Virus record (IMG/VR): IMGVR_UViG_3300045988_026353
Location: 1 to 5,000 of that record
Origin: a virus
Length of the DNA stretch: 5,000 bases
Strand: one strand, 5' to 3'
Shown here: positions 1 through 4,398 of the stretch, in pieces
Position numbering within the stretch: position 1 is the first letter of the stretch
Layout: every line of letters begins with the position of its first letter
The notes under the pieces: model-generated
Told to the model about the DNA's origin: nothing
Database searches by the model: none
The model's input: the letters and a program-made list of their open reading frames with translations, nothing else
Program-made: the position numbers and the translations under genes

Positions 1-113
1 ATTGAACGAATCAGAGACAACACCGAAGGCGGCCAAATTACCCTGCGGAGTAATGTCACTCGTAGCCGAAGTCTGCTGAACAGGATTGATCGAAATACGG
101 GCAGACGAACCGC
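1..113. repeat. Terminal redundancy: exact copy of 4888-5000, the wrap-around of a circular 4,887-nt genome
   Basis: I compared both ends base by base. ATTGAACGAATCAGAGACAACACCGAAGG...GCAGACGAACCGC is identical at 1-113 and 4888-5000. The VP1 reading frame is continuous across the junction because 4887 is a multiple of 3. Confidence 0.97.
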
Positions 114-1116
114 CGAGATACTCAGGACGCTGGAGACGAGCATCAGGCGAGATCACACCAAAGTGAGAACGCAAGATTTCTGTGTATCGCGTACCGCCGC
201 GGGCATCACGCTCATAGAGCTTCTGAATCTGGAAAGCTTGGCGAAGATCATTAATCGAGATAGGCGTAGCAGTTGAAAGATCGGCAATACCTTTGAGCGC
301 TGGATTTCGCCAAGACAACTGACCTGCAACATTACCAGTGCTGGCGGCAGTTCTATACGAGACGGGAGAAGAAATAGCGCTAGAAGGAGCATTAATTGCT
401 AAAAGAACTCCAGCAGGCTGAGCAATAACGTCTTCAGATCTTTCGAAATATGGCACTCCATTGCCAGTAATAGTGACATTAGCACTACCGCCAATCGAAA
501 TTTCTACGCCCGGTCCTTTTTGCGGCCAGGGCAAACATGACGTGAAGTAGTCATGACGCTTGCCACGACGAACTAAAACGTAGTCAGACAAATTGTCAGG
601 ACCATCACCCGTCGGAACCTTCAAAGACTCCTGAAGATTCTCGTCTCTAAACCACTCATTGAAAATCAAATTGTAAGCGCGGAAAGGAAGCGCGTTTACT
701 TTCAATGCTTTACTAACATTAGTCGGAAGACCAAAATAGTCCCACAGAGTTTGATTCTGAACATTCGTGCCAGAAACGGTAGGAATCAAAAAGTCTGTAG
801 AGTCAGACGGATTTTTCTGCTCACCATTGAACTTCTGCCAGTTGTCCCAAACAAGCCGGTTAGGAACAAAGAAGAAGAAAGTCTCCAGATAAAGATTGTC
901 CATAAAAGGAACAATCGGCGTAGCCAAACGGGCAAACAAAGTAGCCGTCAGCTTAAAGCTATCTCCAGGAAGTACTTCATCAACATAAAAAGGCACAAGA
1001 TAGCCAGAGTCAAAAGTTGTCTTATATCCATGAGAACGGTCAAAGACCGATCGAGGAATCTGAGTCGAAGGAACCTGCGAGAAAAGATGCTGTGTAGCAC
1101 GATTAACAGAAGACAT
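1..1116 (-). CDS. VP1: Major capsid protein VP1, N-terminal 372 codons. The gene continues across the circular junction into 4887..4399, for 534 aa in total.
   Basis: ATG at 1116..1114. Hand translation is open all the way to position 1: MSSVNRATQHLFSQVPSTQIPRSVFDRSHGYKTTFDSGYLVPFYVDEVLPGDSFKLTATLFARLATPIVPFMDNLYLETFFFFVPNRLVWDNWQKFNGEQ...RDARGGTRYTEILRSHFGVISPDARLQRPEYLGGS. The blocks KTTFDxGYLVP, DEVLPGD, FFVPNRLVWDNW and RGGTRYTE are hallmark Microviridae capsid blocks as I recall them. The ORF is absent from the supplied track because it has no stop inside the window. Roughly 250-550 (GPGVEISIGGSANVTITGNG...STGNVAGQLSW) looks like the variable surface loop. Confidence 0.95.
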   Translation of the reverse strand, partial: MSSVNRATQHLFSQVPSTQIPRSVFDRSHGYKTTFDSGYLVPFYVDEVLPGDSFKLTATLFARLATPIVPFMDNLYLETFFFFVPNRLVWDNWQKFNGEQKNPSDSTDFLIPTVSGTNVQNQTLWDYFGLPTNVSKALKVNALPFRAYNLIFNEWFRDENLQESLKVPTGDGPDNLSDYVLVRRGKRHDYFTSCLPWPQKGPGVEISIGGSANVTITGNGVPYFERSEDVIAQPAGVLLAINAPSSAISSPVSYRTAASTGNVAGQLSWRNPALKGIADLSTATPISINDLRQAFQIQKLYERDARGGTRYTEILRSHFGVISPDARLQRPEYLGGSSARISINPVQQTSATSDITPQGNLAAFGVVSDSFN

Positions 1117-1142
1117 GTACTTATCCAATAGCTATAGATAAC

Positions 1143-1188
1143 AAAAAAGGCGACCAGTTCAGAAAGCCCTCTCATCGAACCGATCGCC
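1143..1188 (-). terminator. Intrinsic-terminator-like hairpin plus T6, 26 nt upstream of the VP1 start (possible leaky terminator or leader structure)
   Basis: The - strand reads GGCGATCGGTTC-(16 nt loop)-GAACTGGTCGCC-TTTTTT. The stem is 12 bp with two mismatches. Both are G-U wobbles on the - strand transcript, and both would be A-C mismatches on the + strand. Confidence 0.5.
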
Positions 1189-1239
1189 TTACGGCTCTAA
1201 AACCCAAGACTTAAAAAGCTTTATCACCGTAGGGCAAAG

Positions 1240-1268
1240 CATATACCACAAGTCAAAGAGAAAGCAAA
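1240..1268 (-). promoter_or_regulatory. Candidate sigma70-type promoter with extended -10, upstream of VP1
   Basis: The - strand reads TTTGCT (1268..1263), a 17-nt spacer ending in TGg, then TATATG (1245..1240). The -35 match is weak (3/6), the -10 is 4/6, and there is a TGn extension. This is sequence pattern only. Confidence 0.25.
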
Positions 1269-1311
1269 CATTCGAGCAGCGCGTTGGGTACCCGCACGCT
1301 CATCGGGGTGT

Positions 1312-1352
1312 CACCGGAACCAGTTACATCAAGTAAGTAACTGGTTCCGGTG
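1312..1352 (-). promoter_or_regulatory. Perfect 16-bp inverted repeat with a 9-nt loop; candidate rolling-circle (plus-strand) origin hairpin
   Basis: The - strand reads CACCGGAACCAGTTAC TTACTTGAT GTAACTGGTTCCGGTG. No T-run follows it on either strand. The loop carries ACTTGAT (1334..1328). It is flanked by GTACCCGCACGC (1288-1299) and GTACCCGTGCGC (1354-1365). The structure itself is certain; the function is inferred. Confidence 0.45.
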
Positions 1353-1383
1353 TGTACCCGTGCGCAAATCGTTGAGATATCTG

Positions 1384-1412
1384 AAAAAAAAGATCGCCGC
1401 AAGCGGGCGATC
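1384..1412 (-). terminator. Rho-independent terminator downstream of VP3
   Basis: The - strand reads GATCGCC-CGCTTGC-GGCGATC followed directly by TTTTTTTT (1391..1384). This is a GC-rich 7-bp stem with a 7-nt loop and a T8 tail, 51 nt after the VP3 stop. Confidence 0.7.
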
Positions 1413-1424
1413 GAAGGGATTTTG

Positions 1425-1445
1425 AAGGGATGGAAACCATCCCTT
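1425..1445 (-). other. 9-bp hairpin immediately after the VP3 stop, overlapping a GAAGGGAT direct repeat
   Basis: The + strand reads AAGGGATGG-AAA-CCATCCCTT. The octamer GAAGGGAT occurs at 1413-1420 and 1424-1431, 11 nt apart. No T-run follows, so it is not a terminator on its own. Confidence 0.5.
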
Positions 1446-1462
1446 ATATGAGTTATTAGTAA

Positions 1463-1912
1463 TTACCCGTTGTTGTCAGAAACAGACGGTTTAACCTCAG
1501 TCGCTGGAGCAGGCTGAGGTTCTTTAGAAGACTCAGAAGACTTAACTTCTTCAGGAGCAACAAAGCCAAGATCTTCAAGCTTACTCCTTTGTTCAGGATC
1601 ATTGAGCGCCTGAAGGAACTCAGATGGAGAGTTATTGAAAGAGGCGCGAATATGGGACGGAAGGCTTTCAAAATATTCAGTTGTTCTAGCAACGGCATTC
1701 TGAGCAGTCTGAAAATCTGTTACGTCAGAAAAGTCACCGAACTGAATTGGACGCTTCGGCGAAAAAGGATCAGTCAAAAAACCGGTCTCAGCATACTTTT
1801 GCAAGATATTGTCGATCATGGTCTCATCTTTAAAGTGCTGTTGAGTCATCGACGGTTCAGTAAAGACAATGCCTTCAGCGGTAGCATTTGTGTGATTAAT
1901 TTTGAACTTCAT
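1463..1912 (-). CDS. VP3: Internal scaffolding protein VP3 (149 aa)
   Basis: ATG at 1912..1910, preceded by GGAG (1921..1918) with a 5-nt spacer. The track's longer version begins at a TTG at 1948 inside a hairpin and is unlikely. MKFKINHTNATAEGIVFTEPSMTQQHFKDETMIDNILQKYAETGFL...FGDFSDVTDFQTAQNAV...FESLPSHIRASFNNSPSEFLQALNDPEQ matches the gokushovirus VP3 pattern I recall (SxTQQxFKDE, ILxKYxxTG, LPxxIRxxFxNxPxEFL). Stop TAA at 1465..1463. Confidence 0.85.
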   Translation of the reverse strand: MKFKINHTNATAEGIVFTEPSMTQQHFKDETMIDNILQKYAETGFLTDPFSPKRPIQFGDFSDVTDFQTAQNAVARTTEYFESLPSHIRASFNNSPSEFLQALNDPEQRSKLEDLGFVAPEEVKSSESSKEPQPAPATEVKPSVSDNNG

Positions 1913-1925
1913 ATAAGCTCCATAT

Positions 1926-1953
1926 AAAAAAGTCCTCGCACTACGCAAGGACT
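1926..1953 (-). terminator. Hairpin plus T-run between VP5 and VP3 (leaky terminator or mRNA structure abutting the VP3 SD)
   Basis: The - strand reads AGTCCTTGC-GTAGT-GCGAGGACT followed by TTTTT, then ATATGGAGCTTATATG (the VP3 SD and start). The single internal mismatch is a G-U wobble on the - strand only. Confidence 0.45.
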
Positions 1954-1990
1954 AATTAGAAGAATCTCCGTATTGCGGCCGCGTCTGTAC

Positions 1991-2281
1991 TTAGACTTCG
2001 GCCTGAGCAGGCGCGGCCGCTTTGGCGTCCTCAATCACAGATACAAAAGCAGTCGCGGCGGCAATCTGTGTCGGAGCAGAGGCTACAAGCTCTCCAGTCT
2101 CATCAGAGTACTGACCGATCTCATAAAGAAAGAAATCGTCGGGATGCTGACCAACAGTAGTACGACTATCACGAACGAGATCAGAGAAAGACCGAGATGC
2201 ATCAGCTACAGAACGACTGAAGAACGGCGTATTAAAAACCTGAAGTTTAGAGTCGAAAACGGAAAAAACCTTAAGGATCAT
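1991..2281 (-). CDS. VP5: VP5, small non-structural protein of gokushoviruses (96 aa)
   Basis: The ATG at 2281..2279 overlaps the VP4 stop as ATGA. MILKVFSVFDSKLQVFNTPFFSRSVADASRSFSDLV...HPDDFFLYEIGQYSDETGEL matches the VP5 pattern I recall (VFSVxDxK, PFFxRxxxxAxRSF, HPxDFxLYxxGxxDxETGE). Stop TAA at 1993..1991. Confidence 0.85.
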   Translation of the reverse strand: MILKVFSVFDSKLQVFNTPFFSRSVADASRSFSDLVRDSRTTVGQHPDDFFLYEIGQYSDETGELVASAPTQIAAATAFVSVIEDAKAAAPAQAEV

Positions 2282-3195
2282 GATTGATTCTCTTCCATAA
2301 TGCGTCTGAGTTTAGCGGCTTTCAGTTCTTGGACGCGTTCACGAACTGAAAGCCGTTGCGGCGAAGTCTCGCCAGTATCTTCAAAATCGCGTCCTCGCTT
2401 TTCGCGAAGACGCTTAATCTCTTCATAACGAACAATATCAGAACGCTCCAACAACTTATCAAAATAAGCTGGAGGATTCATCATAATCTTCTCGCTAAGA
2501 ATAAGTCGATCATTAGTATAAATATCAGTCATGTACTTTTCACAAAAGTCATGACCAATGCCAGGTTTAAGCGAGCAATGACAAAATTCAGCAACCTTAC
2601 CATCATAATGATCAAACTTCAAAGGACCTGTAATTTTCTTCGTAACATAACGAGCGACATAAGCGGCAGTCTCAAAGTTGACTGAACCAATCGAACTAAA
2701 GCCATAAGGCCAAAGTTTTTCAAGCGTACGGCTACGATATAAGTTATTACCTCGACGAATCGACCAAAGCTGTTTATCAACAAAGGTCACACCAAAAATA
2801 ATTGCATGATAGTGAGGACGGCCAAGCTTATCGCCATATTCGCCACACATAAAAAAGCGAAGCTGTTGACCAAAACGACTCATGAAGTATTTACGCATAC
2901 GCTTCATGAACAGCTGAAAATGCTCGTAATGAAGTGAGCCATCAGCAGGCAAATGAGCATCATCATAAGTCAACGTAAGAAACATGTTGTTCTTATGTGA
3001 CTTAGCCTCAACAACGCATCGAGCAGCCCATTCACGAGACTTAGAAAGCCTGCAACCAATACATTGACCACAAGGAATTTTGAACTCAGAAAAAGGAATA
3101 GCTTTAGACTGATCAAACGTTATCGCATTACGTTGTCCATCTTTGGTCTTCTGACCAGCAAGACGATACGCCGTTATCGGGTGAAAGCAAGGCAT
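2278..3195 (-). CDS. VP4: Replication initiation protein VP4, HUH rolling-circle endonuclease (305 aa)
   Basis: ATG at 3195..3193, with an in-frame TGA two codons upstream that fixes the start. Motif I is FLTLTY (aa 72-77). The HUH motif is PHYHAIIFG (HYH = nt 2814..2806, checked by hand). The catalytic double tyrosine is AAYVARYVTKK (Y179/Y183, YxxxY as in phiX174 protein A). There is an N-terminal Cys cluster, PCGQCIGCR. Confidence 0.95.
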   Translation of the reverse strand: MPCFHPITAYRLAGQKTKDGQRNAITFDQSKAIPFSEFKIPCGQCIGCRLSKSREWAARCVVEAKSHKNNMFLTLTYDDAHLPADGSLHYEHFQLFMKRMRKYFMSRFGQQLRFFMCGEYGDKLGRPHYHAIIFGVTFVDKQLWSIRRGNNLYRSRTLEKLWPYGFSSIGSVNFETAAYVARYVTKKITGPLKFDHYDGKVAEFCHCSLKPGIGHDFCEKYMTDIYTNDRLILSEKIMMNPPAYFDKLLERSDIVRYEEIKRLREKRGRDFEDTGETSPQRLSVRERVQELKAAKLRRIMEENQS

Positions 3196-3404
3196 TTCTC
3201 AAGACACGCAATATGAAGCTCACGAAGAATCGTCTCACGAGAAGAGCGAGAACGAACCTGAAATGAACAAAGGGGAACCCAAGGGTAATCGCGATAAAGC
3301 GTCCAAGTCACCAACTTGCGACGACCAGCATACGTCGACTCGCCAGGAATAAGCCAGCAGACGCCAAAGTCTTTAAGAGTCAAACGAAAAGCCGCAGTAG
3401 CCAT
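3174..3404 (-). CDS. Hypothetical 76-aa basic protein, function unknown; its 3' end overlaps the VP4 start by 22 nt
   Basis: ATG at 3404..3402, TAA at 3176..3174. It fills most of the otherwise empty 284-nt gap between ORF8 and VP4. By my hand count 40 of 76 codons end in T (8 CTT, 5 CGT, 5 GCT), the same third-position T bias seen in VP1 and VP2. The SD is weak (GGA about 10 nt upstream). I recognise no motif. Confidence 0.5.
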   Translation of the reverse strand: MATAAFRLTLKDFGVCWLIPGESTYAGRRKLVTWTLYRDYPWVPLCSFQVRSRSSRETILRELHIACLEKCLAFTR

Positions 3405-3479
3405 AGCGCAATTCCAAATGAAATTGAGATGTTCAAAATGATAACTATGACGACCGCGGCAGGTAATAAGGGTTAACGA

Positions 3480-3599
3480 TTAGATTCGAAAACCACCGCG
3501 CATCGGCGTAGCACGAGTATTCAAAGTCTTCGTGCGTGATGCACCTTTACGAAAAATACGCTTAGATGCCTTACGAGAAAGCTTATGACGACGAGACAT
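3480..3599 (-). CDS. ORF8: Small basic DNA-binding/packaging protein (gokushovirus ORF8, phiX174 J-like), 39 aa
   Basis: Not in the ORF track because it is too short. GAGG SD, then ATG at 3599..3597: MSRRHKLSRKASKRIFRKGASRTKTLNTRATPMRGGFRI, TAA at 3482..3480. It is strongly basic, and the C-terminal ATPMRGGxRx ending is typical of ORF8 proteins as I recall them. Confidence 0.85.
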   Translation of the reverse strand: MSRRHKLSRKASKRIFRKGASRTKTLNTRATPMRGGFRI

Positions 3600-3606
3600 A
3601 TAAACC

Positions 3607-3705
3607 TCACTTTTTAAAAAGTTTCTTAACGGCCTTGAAGGCCTCCCAGATCGCTGAACCAGAGCTCAACAAAACATTAACGAACTTTAAGATCGTATCT
3701 ATCAT
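3607..3705 (-). CDS. Candidate 32-aa micro-ORF (hydrophobic N-terminus, amphipathic cationic C-terminus) filling the VP2/ORF8 junction
   Basis: The ATG at 3705..3703 overlaps the VP2 stop as ATGA. MIDTILKFVNVLLSSGSAIWEAFKAVKKLFKK. The TGA at 3609..3607 lies inside the ORF8 SD (GTGAGG). It has no SD of its own, so any translation would depend on coupling. The third-position T bias is weak. Confidence 0.35.
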   Translation of the reverse strand: MIDTILKFVNVLLSSGSAIWEAFKAVKKLFKK

Positions 3706-4325
3706 TTCGCGAGATGAGCGGCGCCAACAGCGGAATTGGTAAGTGGCGCAGTTGAATTAAAAGGATTAATCAAATTCATCCACTGTCCAAACTTCCAAGC
3801 GCTTGAATGCTCTTTCATATAATCAAAAGCTAACTTCTGCTTCTCAGAAGCAATAGCAGAATTCTGAGTCATAAATTTCGCTTGCTTCAAATTCTCTTCT
3901 TGAATCTTATTAGCAATCTCTTGACCTTTCGTTTGAGACCACATCAAATTTGAAGAAGAATCAGAAGCGACAGCCTGAGCGCGTTTCAAACCTGCATCTG
4001 CTTGAAGTGCAGAATTCTGAACGTAAGTCTGTTTCTCAAGAGCATCTTTCAGATTCTTCTCAGAACGCTGAGTTGACGCTTCAGCACCAGACTTAAAAGC
4101 GCCAGCAAGATCAGGAGCAACAATTGTAGGCGCGTTGCCAGGAGCGCCAGAACCGCCTGTAGCTGAAAGAATCGGATTAAGACCAGCTTTGCGCATATCA
4201 GCAACTTCCCATTGATGCCGATTTTGAATCACTTCTTTCTGATGCTTCCAGCCAAAATACGCAGATAATGCAGAACTACCTAAATTGGCAGCACCACCTA
4301 TCGCTTCTGCCCAAGGAAATCCCAT
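3702..4325 (-). CDS. VP2: Minor capsid / DNA pilot protein VP2 (207 aa)
   Basis: ATG at 4325..4323 with AGGA upstream. It has a Gly/Ala/Ser-rich N-terminus (AIGGAANLGSSALSAYFG), the motif ADMRKAGLNPILS typical of gokushovirus VP2 as I recall it, and a Q/K/E-rich predicted coiled central part. It sits directly after VP1. Confidence 0.85.
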   Translation of the reverse strand: MGFPWAEAIGGAANLGSSALSAYFGWKHQKEVIQNRHQWEVADMRKAGLNPILSATGGSGAPGNAPTIVAPDLAGAFKSGAEASTQRSEKNLKDALEKQTYVQNSALQADAGLKRAQAVASDSSSNLMWSQTKGQEIANKIQEENLKQAKFMTQNSAIASEKQKLAFDYMKEHSSAWKFGQWMNLINPFNSTAPLTNSAVGAAHLAK

Positions 4326-4326
4326 A

Positions 4327-4389
4327 TCACTGTCCTAAAGCAAAGATAACAACAGTGCCAACAACAGCAAGCCAAATAACTAAAGCCAT
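4327..4389 (-). CDS. Candidate 20-aa fully hydrophobic micro-ORF (single transmembrane-length peptide) between VP1 and VP2
   Basis: AAGGAG (4400..4395, overlapping the VP1 TAA), a 5-nt spacer, then ATG at 4389..4387: MALVIWLAVVGTVVIFALGQ. The TGA at 4329..4327 lies 1 nt before the VP2 ATG. 12 of 20 codons end in T, like the bona fide genes. It is too short for the ORF track. Confidence 0.5.
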   Translation of the reverse strand: MALVIWLAVVGTVVIFALGQ

Positions 4390-4398
4390 AACAACTCC

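Noticed and set aside
751-1131. 126-aa + strand ORF antisense to VP1
   Set aside because: It is antisense to a confidently identified capsid gene. The product is an Arg/Lys/Asn-rich low-complexity string (RNKEEESLQIKIVHKRNNRRSQ...) with no SD. Microviridae genes are all on one strand.
1200-1380. Possible XerCD dif-like integration site, as reported for some enterobacterial gokushovirus prophages
   Set aside because: The only resemblance is a TGCGCA core (1360-1366 region). I could not find the rest of a 28-bp dif-type site (the TTATGTTAAAT-like XerD arm) on either strand by eye. A proper motif scan would be needed to revive this.
1327-1440. 37-aa - strand ORF in the intergenic region (MVSIPSKSLRSPACGDLFFQISQRFAHGYTPEPVTYLM)
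   Set aside because: It runs straight through both post-VP3 hairpins, the T8 terminator and half of the 16-bp hairpin. The AAGGG abuts the ATG with no spacer. It shows no codon bias like the real genes.
1456-1698. 80-aa Leu-rich - strand ORF in the +1 frame over the VP3 C-terminus (ILALLLLKKLSLLSLLKNLSLL...)
   Set aside because: It is tempting as an analogue of E within D. However, it has no SD, its hydrophobic run is interrupted by lysines, and it overlies the low-complexity acidic/Ser/Pro tail of VP3. A +1-frame Leu-rich, stop-poor reading is exactly what third-position T bias produces. It is only worth testing alongside the other +1 ORFs.
1589-1927. 112-aa + strand ORF antisense to VP3
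   Set aside because: Same reasoning: it is antisense to a recognised gene, has no RBS and no recognisable motif.
1913-1948. N-terminal extension of VP3 given in the ORF track (start at 1948, MRSARTFLYGAY...)
   Set aside because: That start is a TTG lying inside the 1931-1953 hairpin and has no SD. The ATG at 1912 has GGAG at ideal spacing and gives the usual VP3 length.
1973-2287. 104-aa + strand ORF antisense to VP5
   Set aside because: It is antisense to VP5, has an Arg-rich junk-like composition and no RBS.
2356-2685. 109-aa + strand ORF antisense to VP4
   Set aside because: It is antisense to the Rep gene and is an Ile/Asn/Lys-rich mirror-frame product with no RBS.
3631-3643. GGCCTTGAAGGCC palindrome between VP2 and ORF8
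   Set aside because: It gives only a 4-bp effective stem once a viable loop is allowed, and no adjacent T-run follows. It is probably insignificant and lies within the candidate 32-aa ORF.
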